This document shows positions 22,838 to 31,592 of a stretch of 47,999 nt of DNA, in pieces. The position numbers and the translations under genes were made by a program. How positions within the stretch are numbered: the stretch's first letter is position 1; each line of letters opens with the position of its first letter. Source of the DNA: Alphaproteobacteria bacterium (GTDB lineage Bacteria > Pseudomonadota > Alphaproteobacteria > Futianiales > Futianiaceae); assembly GCA_033844555.1 (NCBI GenBank), contig JAJLJT010000095.1, forward strand, positions 1 through 47,999, read 5' to 3'. Under the pieces are notes generated by a model. The model saw only the letters and a program-made list of their open reading frames with translations. It made no database searches and was not told the origin of the DNA.

Positions 22838-23943
22838 GCCGCTCTCCTGTTCGCGCGGACTGCTGCCAGGCAGCGGTCGAGGCGTTCGGCGGCCCGGTCG
22901 AGATCCCGCGTGTCGCGGATCTCGGCTGTTGCCGCCTTCGCCATGGCGATGCGTTGGTCCGTATGCATCATGAGCCGGGCGAGCGCCGCCGCATAGGCCT
23001 CTCCGGACTGGGCGGTCAGACAGCCGGTATGGCCATGCCGGATGACCGAGGACGGGCCCGGGCCGTCGAGCGCGACGGGCACGGCGCCCGCGGCTTGCGC
23101 CTCCAGATAGACCATGCCGTAGGCTTCGCCGACCCCGGGCCACGCGAGGAGGTCTGCCTCCCGGTAGTGCCGGGCGAGCGCCTCCGTCCCTGCCGCGCCG
23201 GCGAAGCGCACACGCGGCCCGAACGGTGCGAACAGCGCCTCGACCCGGGCGCGCGCCGGGCCGTTCCCGACGATCGTGAGACGCCAGTCGGATTCTGCAA
23301 GGCGGCCGAGCGCGCTGGCCAGCAGCCGATAGCTTTCGAGCTTCGCGCCCTCTCGCATCATGCCCACGGCGAGCAGCCGTGCCGGTCCGTCCTCTTGCGC
23401 CCTCCGCCTCCCGCCGATGAAGGGCGACGCGTCGAGAAAGGGCGGGAAGTCATGAATCCTTTCATCGTCCATGACGCGGCCGAGGCAGGCGCGGTCGAGC
23501 GGCGTCATCGCCAGCACTGCCGAAGCCTGGCGCAGTGCTGCGACGACCGCGCGCTCCGACGGGGCCCAATGGTCCTTGAGCCGCTTCGGAGCGTGGCTCG
23601 CCTCGGCCACCACATAGGGGATGGACAACGCCCGCGCGACAGCGGGCCCGACCAGGTCGGGTGCACGGTAGTAGAGGTGATAGGTCAGCCATACCGAGGG
23701 GCGCGGCATACTCCGTCCCGCAATGTCTCCCAGGACCCGGGCGGCCTCCGCTGCACCCGCCGCGGCCATGGCCGCCTGATCGCGCGGGTTCCCATGCCGC
23801 AGCCAGGTGCGCAGGCGGCTTGCGACCGTCCCGGTATGGCCGGCGCGCGTGAGCGCCGCCAACAGCAGGCGCGCCATCGTGCGGTCGCCCGAGGGGACCG
23901 GGTGGTCCGGATCCTTCATCGGGGCATGGAAGGCGACGTGCAT
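22834..23943 (-). CDS. Family 4 glycosyltransferase
   Basis: PMKDPDHPVPSGDR, TYHLYYRAPD and the EX7E motif EAYGMVYLE. Confidence 0.9.
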   Translation of the reverse strand: MHVAFHAPMKDPDHPVPSGDRTMARLLLAALTRAGHTGTVASRLRTWLRHGNPRDQAAMAAAGAAEAARVLGDIAGRSMPRPSVWLTYHLYYRAPDLVGPAVARALSIPYVVAEASHAPKRLKDHWAPSERAVVAALRQASAVLAMTPLDRACLGRVMDDERIHDFPPFLDASPFIGGRRRAQEDGPARLLAVGMMREGAKLESYRLLASALGRLAESDWRLTIVGNGPARARVEALFAPFGPRVRFAGAAGTEALARHYREADLLAWPGVGEAYGMVYLEAQAAGAVPVALDGPGPSSVIRHGHTGCLTAQSGEAYAAALARLMMHTDQRIAMAKAATAEIRDTRDLDRAAERLDRCLAAVRANRRAA

Positions 23944-25265
23944 CAGTGTCCTTCCGCTGTCCGCGCGGGCAGCGTTTCCGCGAACCGCCGGGCCAGGCGT
24001 GCGATCCCTCCCTCCATCGAGAACTGGCTGCGCACCCGCGCCTCCCCGGCCTCGCCGAGCCTGCGCGCCAGGTCCGCATCGCCAAGTACGCGGGCGACCG
24101 CACCGGCCAGCGCGCGCGGGTCGTCGGGCGGAACCAGGAGGCCTGTCTCGCCGTCGCGCACCAGTTCCGGGATGGCCGCCACGGCCGTCGCGATGACGGG
24201 CACGCCCTGACTTTGCGCCTCCATCAGCACATTGGGCAGGCCGTCGCGGTCGCCGTCCCGGGCGACGCGGCTTGCCAGCACGAACACGGCCGCGTTGCGC
24301 AGCGTCTCCAGAACTTCTGCCTGGGGCTGGGCGCCCCGCCAATCGCACCGTGCAGCGATGCCGAGGCGGTCCGCCTGCCGCTTGAGCGCCGGGAGCAGCG
24401 GCCCTCCGCCGATGTGGACGAATCGCCAGTCGAGGCCGACGGGCAGACGCGCCAGCGCGTCGAGGATCGTATCGAGCCCCTTCTTCGCAACGGCGCGGCC
24501 GACGCAGACGATGGCTGCTGGTCCGGGCAGGCGATGGCGGCGGTGCGGACCGAACCGGGCGAGGTCGAGTCCGTGATAGACCAGATCCACGGAGTCCGGT
24601 TCGGGGGCCAGCATGCGCAGCCGCTGCGCGCCATAGGCCGTGCAGGTCGTGCCCCAGGACGCGTCGGCCAGCTTTTCCGCGATCTCCCAGTCGGGCGTCG
24701 TCCAGATATCCTTGGCATGGGCCGAGTAGGACCAGGTCAGACCGCGCAGTATGGCCGTGTAGCGCGCCACGGACGCAGGTGTGTGCAGGAAGTGGACGTG
24801 CAGATGCCGGACGTTCCCGGGCAATTCCGCGGCGAGCACGCAAGCCTGGCCGAAGCGGCGGATGCGGTTGCGCGTGACGTCGCGCGCGAGGTCGCGCCGC
24901 CACGCCGAGCGCGCTTCGCGCCACCCGGGCAGGCGGCGGGCCGCCGCGACGCTCCGCAGCACGCGCAGCGGTTCCTCGTGCAGGTATTCCGGCAGGTAGA
25001 GGACCGGGGCGTCGATCGCGGCATGCACGGGGTGTGTGGCGGGATCCGTGGGGTGGCGCAGCGAGACGATGCGCTGGTCGAGGCCAAGGCGTTGCAGCGC
25101 CAGGATTTCCTGCGCGATGAAGGTCTCGGACAGGCGGGGGTAGCCCTTCAGAACGACGGCCACCGCGCCGCGGTCCTCCAGCCGGACCCCGGCAGGGGCG
25201 CCAGCTTGCGGGGCGGCGGTCACCGCTGGCGGTGCGGTGGGCCGGGCGGCAGCCCTACTCGCCAT
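23943..25265 (-). CDS. Family 4 glycosyltransferase (WcaL-like)
   Basis: YPRLSETFIAQE, HVHFLH, SAHAKDIW, VGRAVAKKG and DGLPNVLMEA. Confidence 0.9.
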   Translation of the reverse strand: MASRAAARPTAPPAVTAAPQAGAPAGVRLEDRGAVAVVLKGYPRLSETFIAQEILALQRLGLDQRIVSLRHPTDPATHPVHAAIDAPVLYLPEYLHEEPLRVLRSVAAARRLPGWREARSAWRRDLARDVTRNRIRRFGQACVLAAELPGNVRHLHVHFLHTPASVARYTAILRGLTWSYSAHAKDIWTTPDWEIAEKLADASWGTTCTAYGAQRLRMLAPEPDSVDLVYHGLDLARFGPHRRHRLPGPAAIVCVGRAVAKKGLDTILDALARLPVGLDWRFVHIGGGPLLPALKRQADRLGIAARCDWRGAQPQAEVLETLRNAAVFVLASRVARDGDRDGLPNVLMEAQSQGVPVIATAVAAIPELVRDGETGLLVPPDDPRALAGAVARVLGDADLARRLGEAGEARVRSQFSMEGGIARLARRFAETLPARTAEGH

Positions 25266-26517
25266 GGCTGGCGACGGCGCGCAGCCGCGCGGGCTGCATG
25301 CGGCGGCAGCCGAGCCACGGCTCGATCAGCCTGTTCACGCTGTCGAAGCCGTCGAGCAGGCCCGGCACGACCGTCTCCGACGGGCGGGGCTGGGACGGCA
25401 GGCGGGCCAGCGCGTCCGCCATCTGCTGCGGATCGCGGCGTGGACCGCCCTGCGTGTGCATCCGTCCCTCCAGGGGATCGACCAGCATCTCGACGAGGCC
25501 GAGCTGGCGTGCCCGGTCGGCGCGGATGAACTGCTCCAGCCTCGGCGTCGTGCGCGGCACGATCAGCGCCCTCTTGTCGAGCGTCAGGATCTCGCAGAAC
25601 GTGTTGTAGCCGCCCATGGCCACGATGCCCACGGCATCGGCGAGCAGGTACTCGATCCGGCTGTCGAAGGTGATCGCCTCGACGTTTTCCAGCGCCTCGG
25701 CGCGGGCGAAAAACTCCTCCTGCCTCTCGGCGGCCATGAAGGGCCCCAGCACGAGCAGCGCAGGATGCGGGATGGCCGCACCCGATTCATAGGCTGACAA
25801 TACCCAGTCGATCAGGCCCTCGCCGTCGCCACCGCCTCCCGTTGTCACCAGCAGAAAGGGCTCGTTCGTGATCGCCGGACGCGCAGCGACCGAGGTGTGT
25901 TCCGGCAGCGGGCGCGGCAGATAGCCCGTGTAGACGATCCGTTGGCGCATCGCGGCAGAGAGGTTCAGACCCTTGAGAGGCTCGTGGATCTGCGGCAGGC
26001 CATAAACCCAGATCTCGTCGTAGAAGGCTTCCAGCGCCGGTAGCGACCTCTTGCGCTCCCACTCCGGGGCCAGCACCGCGGGCTCGTCGAGAACGTCCCG
26101 CACGCCAAGGACGATCCGTGTCCCGCGCGCCTTCAGCAGCTTCAGCGTCGGCTCGACCTCGCCGCGCAGGCCCAGCGGTTCCTTGTCGACGATGAACACG
26201 TCGGGGTCGAAAACGTCGGCCGTGTGCTCGATGATCGACTGGCGCAAGGCGACCGTCTCGTCGATGTCGAGGTGCAGAGACAGCGACGTGTACTCGCCGT
26301 TCCTGAGCTTGATGACCCCTGGAATGCGCACGAAATCCACGCGCGCCCGGAAATCGAAGCTGCCGATGATCGGCGAGCCGGAAAGGATCAGGACGGACAG
26401 GTTCTTGTGACGTGCCACAAGGTCGTGCGCGATCGCCCGGCACCGGCGCAGATGGCCAAGGCCGAACGTGTCATGGCTGTAGATCAGTACACGCGACCCG
26501 CTCTCGGCCGAGGGCAT
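25255..26517 (-). CDS. GT-B glycosyltransferase with GT28-like C-terminal domain
   Basis: VLIYSHDTFGLGHLRR, VDKEP, GVRDVLD, TTGGGGDG, MGGYNTFCEIL and EQFIRA. Confidence 0.88.
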   Translation of the reverse strand: MPSAESGSRVLIYSHDTFGLGHLRRCRAIAHDLVARHKNLSVLILSGSPIIGSFDFRARVDFVRIPGVIKLRNGEYTSLSLHLDIDETVALRQSIIEHTADVFDPDVFIVDKEPLGLRGEVEPTLKLLKARGTRIVLGVRDVLDEPAVLAPEWERKRSLPALEAFYDEIWVYGLPQIHEPLKGLNLSAAMRQRIVYTGYLPRPLPEHTSVAARPAITNEPFLLVTTGGGGDGEGLIDWVLSAYESGAAIPHPALLVLGPFMAAERQEEFFARAEALENVEAITFDSRIEYLLADAVGIVAMGGYNTFCEILTLDKRALIVPRTTPRLEQFIRADRARQLGLVEMLVDPLEGRMHTQGGPRRDPQQMADALARLPSQPRPSETVVPGLLDGFDSVNRLIEPWLGCRRMQPARLRAVASHGE

Positions 26518-26662
26518 CCCACTCTCCCAAGGTTTGCCTTGGCTATCTTTGCTCGTACTATGGCACGCTTGGCGGGGCAGATTCCACAAGTTCGCATTGG
26601 TATCTGCATAGCGCACGTGAAATCGTGCCATTCTGATCCAGGCAACGGGCAGAACAGATCAT

Positions 26663-29440
26663 ATGGACGCCAACCTTTTCAGATACATATGGCGTCATTC
26701 GCGTCTCGAGCAGCTCGCTGTTCTGGTGCTCGTTCTCGTGTCTCTGCCGTTTTATTTCATTTCCCTCGACCTGCCCCGCAACATCGTCAACGAAGCGATT
26801 CAGGGCCGCGGGTTCGGGCCGAGCGACCCCACGCAACCGTTTCTCGCGCTCTCGCTGCCGCTCCCCGATGCGCTTGGCGGCAGTCTCCTGCTGTTCGAGG
26901 GCATCCCCCTGGAGCGTGTGCCCTACCTCTTCGCGCTGAGCGGGATGTTCCTGCTGATGGTGTGCGTCAACGGCTGGTTCAAATACCGAATCAACACGCA
27001 CAAGGGCCGGATGGGCGAGCGGATGCTGCGCCGCCTGCGATTCGACCTGTTCGACCGGATCCTGCGCTTCCCGGCGCCGCACTTCCGAAAGGTCAAGCAG
27101 GCCGAGCTCGCCACGATGATCAAGGACGAGGTGGAACCGCTGGGCGGTTTCATCGGAGAAGCGTTCGCCCAGCCCATCTTCCAGGGCGGCATGGCGCTGA
27201 CCGCCATGACCTTCATTCTGGTTCAGAGCTTCTGGTTGGGCATCGTCGCGGCGGGGGTCGTGGGGATACAAGCCTTCATCATCCCGCGCCTGCGCGTACC
27301 GATTCGCATGTTGGGCCGCCAGCGCCAGCTGGAGACGCGCCATCTCGCGGGGCGCATCGCCGAGATCGTGGACGGCGTCACGGAGGTACACACGAACGAT
27401 ACCTCGACCTGGGAGAGGGCGGAGATCACCCACCGGCTCGGGCGCATCTTCTGGATCCGGTACGAAATCTACCAGCGCAAGTTTTTCGTGAAGTTCCTCA
27501 ACAACTTCCTCGCGCAGGTCACGCCCTTCCTCTTCTATGCAATCGGCGGTTATTTCGCGATCCGCGGCCAGCTGGACGTGGGCCAGCTCGTCGCGGTCCT
27601 CGTCGCCTACAAGGATCTGCCGCCGCCGATCAAGGAACTCATCGACTGGGACCAGCAGCGCCTCGACAGCCAGGTAAAGTACGAGCAGGTGGTCGAGCAG
27701 TTCGACGCGGCTCTGGCCGACGCTGAGTTGCAGGACCCGACGCGCCATCGCGCCGCGCCGCTGGAAGGACCTATCGTCTTCCAGCGCGTCACGGCCGCCG
27801 ACGACGCCCTGGACAAGGTTCTGGACGGGGTCAGCGTGGAACTGCCGATGGATGCCTCCGTCGCCGTCGTGGGAACCGGAACCGGTCCGCATGCCTTTGC
27901 CCAGGCGCTCGTCCGCCTGCAGCCGCTCCTGTCAGGCCATATCGACATCGGCGGGGAACCGCTCTCCCGAATGCCGGAAGCGGTGCTGGGGCGCCGCGCA
28001 GCCTATGTCGCGCAGGACGCCTTCCTTTTCCCCGGTACGCTCCGGGACAATCTGCTCTACGCCCTGCGGCATCGCTTCATCGGGAACGAGCCGACGTCGG
28101 CAGACTGGAAGGCGGAACGCGCCGAGGCGCGCCGGTCCGGAAATGCGCCCTTCCCGGTCGCCGGAAACTGGATCGACCTCGCGGAGGCCGGTGTCGACAG
28201 CGAGGAGGCGCTGACCGACCGGCTCATCGAGGTGCTGGAAACCGTGCAGCTCGAAACGGAGGTGTATCACCTCGGGCTGCGCGGCCGGATCGATGGAAGA
28301 ATGCAAGGGGAAGCCGCAGAGGCAATCCTGCGCACCCGCGCAGCCGTTCGCGAAGCGCTGGACGCCGACGAGAGGCTGCGTGGGCTCGTGGAGCCGTTCG
28401 ACCCAGCGCACTACACCGGAAATGCGACGATCGCAGAGAATCTCCTGTTCGGTGTGACGCGCGATGCGACCTTCGCGCGCGGCGAGGATATCGATGTGCC
28501 CGAGGCCGCGGCGTTGCCGGGCAACCGGTATCTCGTGTCCGTCTTGCGCGAGCAGGGCCTCGAGGACGATCTGGTCCGCGTCGGCGAACGGATCGCCGAG
28601 ACGATGGTCGAGATCTTCGCGGGCCTGCCTGCGGGAGACCCATTCTTCGAACAGTTCAGCTTCATCGCCGCCGAGGATCTTCCGGTGTTCGAGCAGATCC
28701 TTGTCCGGGTGCGCCGCGACGGCATGACGGGACTGCCCGAGGAGTCGAGGTTACGGCTGCTGTTCCTGTCCTTCGACTATATCGAGGCGCGCCACCGCCT
28801 TGGTCTTCTGGACGACGATCTTCGCCGGCGCATCGTGCGCGCCCGCCAGGCCTTTCACGACGGCCTCCCGGACGACCTGCGCGGCGCCATCGAGGTCTAC
28901 GATCCCGATCGGTACACCCAGGCCGCGAGCCTCATGGACAACATCCTTTTCGGCCGCGTCGCCTATGGCCAGAGCGAGGCGCGCCCCCGCATCGACGCCC
29001 TCGTCTCCGACATTCTCGAGCGCGAGGGGGTGCGCCGCATCGTGCTGGAGGCCGGTCTGGAAACCGAGGCCGGATACGGAGGGCGCAGACTTCCTGCCCA
29101 CCAGCGACAACGCCTGGCGCTCGCGCGGGCGCTTCTGCGCCGGCCGGATCTCCTGATCATCGATGATGCCCTGGCGGTGGTCGACGCGCGGCTCGAGCGG
29201 GATATCCTCGAAACAGTGCTGGAGAGCCGCCGCGGCAAGGGGACGCTGGTGGTTCTGGGCCGGGTCGAACGTGTCAGGCTGTTCGACCGGGCAGTGGTGT
29301 TCGACGGGACCGACCTGGTGGCCAGCGGCCGGGTGGAGGCGTTGGCGGCAGAGGGCCCGCTTGCGGATCTGCTGTCCGGCCGCGAGTCCGAGGGGGGCGG
29401 TCCCCCAGAAAGTGAGGAGACAGCCGATGAGCCTCAATGA
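26663..29440 (+). CDS. ABC exporter-like protein (TMD plus degenerate, internally repeated NBD)
   Basis: N-terminal exporter-type TMD and Q-loop AYVAQD. Walker A, signature and Walker B are altered and the NBD carries a ~300-aa insertion. Confidence 0.88.
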   Translation: MDANLFRYIWRHSRLEQLAVLVLVLVSLPFYFISLDLPRNIVNEAIQGRGFGPSDPTQPFLALSLPLPDALGGSLLLFEGIPLERVPYLFALSGMFLLMVCVNGWFKYRINTHKGRMGERMLRRLRFDLFDRILRFPAPHFRKVKQAELATMIKDEVEPLGGFIGEAFAQPIFQGGMALTAMTFILVQSFWLGIVAAGVVGIQAFIIPRLRVPIRMLGRQRQLETRHLAGRIAEIVDGVTEVHTNDTSTWERAEITHRLGRIFWIRYEIYQRKFFVKFLNNFLAQVTPFLFYAIGGYFAIRGQLDVGQLVAVLVAYKDLPPPIKELIDWDQQRLDSQVKYEQVVEQFDAALADAELQDPTRHRAAPLEGPIVFQRVTAADDALDKVLDGVSVELPMDASVAVVGTGTGPHAFAQALVRLQPLLSGHIDIGGEPLSRMPEAVLGRRAAYVAQDAFLFPGTLRDNLLYALRHRFIGNEPTSADWKAERAEARRSGNAPFPVAGNWIDLAEAGVDSEEALTDRLIEVLETVQLETEVYHLGLRGRIDGRMQGEAAEAILRTRAAVREALDADERLRGLVEPFDPAHYTGNATIAENLLFGVTRDATFARGEDIDVPEAAALPGNRYLVSVLREQGLEDDLVRVGERIAETMVEIFAGLPAGDPFFEQFSFIAAEDLPVFEQILVRVRRDGMTGLPEESRLRLLFLSFDYIEARHRLGLLDDDLRRRIVRARQAFHDGLPDDLRGAIEVYDPDRYTQAASLMDNILFGRVAYGQSEARPRIDALVSDILEREGVRRIVLEAGLETEAGYGGRRLPAHQRQRLALARALLRRPDLLIIDDALAVVDARLERDILETVLESRRGKGTLVVLGRVERVRLFDRAVVFDGTDLVASGRVEALAAEGPLADLLSGRESEGGGPPESEETADEPQ

Positions 29441-29894
29441 AGAGGTCGAAATCCTCAAGAAGATCCCGCTGTTCCAGAATTTCGAGCCAGCCAAGCTCAA
29501 GCTTCTGGCATTCGCGAGCGAGCGGATCCGCTTCGACGCGGGCCAAACCGTGTGCCGCCAGGGCGACCCGGGAGACGCCGCCTATGTCATCATTTCCGGC
29601 GAAGCGGACATCCTCGTCGATGGACCCGACGGGCCGATCCAGGTCGCCACCGTCCGCGATCACGGATTCATCGGAGAGATCGCCATCCTGATCGACGTGC
29701 CCCGGACTGCGACAATCCGCGCGCATACGGAGTTGGTGGCGCTGCAGATCAAGAAGGATCTTTTCTTTAGGATGGTGCGCGAATATCCCGGCGTCGCGGT
29801 CGAGGTCATGCGCGAACTGGCCCAGCGGCTGGAGCGCACGACCTCGGAGTTGACCCGCGTGCGTGCAGAGTTGAACCGGCTGACGGCGAAGTGA
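29427..29894 (+). CDS. Stand-alone cyclic nucleotide-binding domain protein
   Basis: LKKIPLF, QGDPGDAAYVI and the phosphate-binding cassette GEIAIL..VPRTAT. No HTH. GAGGAG RBS and 14-nt overlap with the exporter gene. Confidence 0.92.
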   Translation: MSLNEEVEILKKIPLFQNFEPAKLKLLAFASERIRFDAGQTVCRQGDPGDAAYVIISGEADILVDGPDGPIQVATVRDHGFIGEIAILIDVPRTATIRAHTELVALQIKKDLFFRMVREYPGVAVEVMRELAQRLERTTSELTRVRAELNRLTAK

Positions 29895-29933
29895 GAGTGC
29901 CACGTAGCCCTGTATTGTAGAGGAGTTGAACGT

Positions 29934-30491
29934 ATGCGCCGACTTTCAGGCAAACTGATTCCCGCCGCCGCAATGATCGCGGCTCTTGCTGCGGTTCCCG
30001 CGGCGATGCCGCTGCCCGCCGTCGCCCACGACCACACCGTGGGAGCCCTGACGATCGACCATCCCTGGGCCCGGCCGGCCATCCCGAACAGGCCCGGTGT
30101 CGTGTTCCTGACCGTCAAGAACACCGGCGACGCGCCCGACCGTCTGGTCGCGGCCAGCACGCCCGTCGCGGGCACGGTGGAGATCCACACGCACATCAAG
30201 GACGGCGACGTGATGCGGATGGTGCGGATCGAGGCAATCGACGTCCCCGCCGGCGGGATGGCGATGCTGCAACCCGGCGGCGACCATCTCATGCTGTTCG
30301 ACATTCCCAAGCCCTATGTCGTCGGCGACAGCTTTCCGATGACCCTGACATTCGAGAAGGCCGGCGATGTCATGGTCGAGGTGCAGGTCGAGATGGGGCA
30401 GGGCGGCGGCCATTCGATGCACAACATGCCGGCGCACGGTGGCCATGGTCAGGGCCACGGCGCGGCGAAGATGCCGATGAAGACGAACTGA
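29934..30491 (+). CDS. Periplasmic copper chaperone PCu(A)C
   Basis: Signal peptide, PWAR, EIH...MRM, PGGDHLML and a His/Met-rich tail. AGGAG RBS. Confidence 0.92.
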   Translation: MRRLSGKLIPAAAMIAALAAVPAAMPLPAVAHDHTVGALTIDHPWARPAIPNRPGVVFLTVKNTGDAPDRLVAASTPVAGTVEIHTHIKDGDVMRMVRIEAIDVPAGGMAMLQPGGDHLMLFDIPKPYVVGDSFPMTLTFEKAGDVMVEVQVEMGQGGGHSMHNMPAHGGHGQGHGAAKMPMKTN

Positions 30492-30503
30492 GGCTTCGGG
30501 CAG

Positions 30504-31301
30504 TCAGAGGGAGAGGGTCGTCAGGACCGGGACATGGTCCGACGGCCGCTCCCATCCCCGCACTTCGCGGAGGATCTCGAAGCTCCTGAGCGCCGGTTCG
30601 AGGGACCGCGTCGTCCAGATGTGATCGAGACGGCGGCCGCGGTCGCTTTCCGCCCAGTCGCGCGCCCGGTAGGACCACCAGGTATAGAGCTTCTCGGGGT
30701 CGGGCCGGTAGTGCCGCGCCACGTCGATCCAGTCGAGTGTCGTCCTCAGGCTTTCGAGCTTGTCCGTCTCCACGGGGGTATGGCTGACGACGTCCAGCAG
30801 CGCCTTGTGCGACCAGACGTCATGCTCGCCCGGGGCGACGTTGAGATCGCCCACAAGGATCATGTCGCCGTGGGCCTCCCCCGACGCCGGGTCGTACCAG
30901 CCGGTCATACCGTCGAGGTATCCCAGCTTGTGGGCGAACTTGTCGTTGACCGCCGGATCCGGAACGTCGCCACCCGCCGGGACATAGTAATTGTGCAGGG
31001 TCACGCCGTCGATCCGGGCCGCAACGTGGCGCGGGCCGTCGTGGTCGTGGAACAGCCGGCGGCCCGCATCCTCGAGCGGGATCCGGGAGCAGATCGCGAC
31101 GCCGTGGTGCCCCTTCGCACCGTGGATGACCTGGTGCCGGAGACCCAGCGCGGCGAGTTCGGCGCGCGGAAACTTCTCGTCGGACACCTTGGTTTCCTGA
31201 AGGCATAGCACGTCGATCGGCCGTTCCTGGAGCAGGCGCGCGATTTGCGGCAGCCGGAGCCGGACGGAATTGATGTTCCAGGTAGCGAGTGTCAGCGGCA
31301 T
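30504..31301 (-). CDS. xth: Exodeoxyribonuclease III / AP endonuclease
   Basis: ATWNINSVR, LCLQETK, GDLNVAP, YTWWSYR, RLDHIW and PSDHVP. Confidence 0.95.
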   Translation of the reverse strand: MPLTLATWNINSVRLRLPQIARLLQERPIDVLCLQETKVSDEKFPRAELAALGLRHQVIHGAKGHHGVAICSRIPLEDAGRRLFHDHDGPRHVAARIDGVTLHNYYVPAGGDVPDPAVNDKFAHKLGYLDGMTGWYDPASGEAHGDMILVGDLNVAPGEHDVWSHKALLDVVSHTPVETDKLESLRTTLDWIDVARHYRPDPEKLYTWWSYRARDWAESDRGRRLDHIWTTRSLEPALRSFEILREVRGWERPSDHVPVLTTLSL

Positions 31302-31340
31302 GGGGCTTCTCCTGCCACGCGCCGGCCGCGTTCGCCAAGT

Positions 31341-31372
31341 CAAAAAAACGCCCGGAGAGATATCCGGGCGTT
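31341..31372 (-). terminator. Rho-independent terminator on the minus strand
   Basis: 10-bp stem AACGCCCGGA/TCCGGGCGTT with a 6-nt loop, running into a T7 tract on the minus strand. Confidence 0.85.
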
Positions 31373-31525
31373 GAGGGTGGTCCGGTGCGCGGACGGCGTC
31401 AGGGGGACATCGGCCGCCGCTGGCTTTGGGGACAGTCGCGACCTGTCGGGCAGGTCCGTCCGGCAGGGGGAAAGGGACGGAATCGCGAAATCCCCAAAGC
31501 GGCCCGGTGCACCGGTCACCGGACA
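31341..31525 (-). ncRNA. Candidate structured small RNA or leader RNA
   Basis: Nested inverted repeats, C/U-rich loops and an intrinsic terminator within a 290-bp intergenic region. Family not recognised. Confidence 0.55.
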
Positions 31526-31592
31526 TGCACGCCACCCTGCGCCTGTGTCCGGCCCGGACAAAGCCCGTATGACTACTCAGGGAGGGCTGGCC

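Noticed and set aside
26561-26630. Two TGGCACG motifs as divergent sigma54 promoters
   Set aside because: Neither has a TTGC-like -12 element at the required spacing. Kept only as an inverted repeat.
31341-31525. 6S RNA or SRP RNA identity for the structured region
   Set aside because: No SRP GGAA-loop motif, no zapA/ygfA context, and a branched rather than simple rod structure. An Rfam search is still needed.
31302-31535. In-frame 78-aa upstream extension of xth
   Set aside because: Xth proteins start just before ATWN, an AGGAG RBS precedes 31301, and the region contains a terminator.
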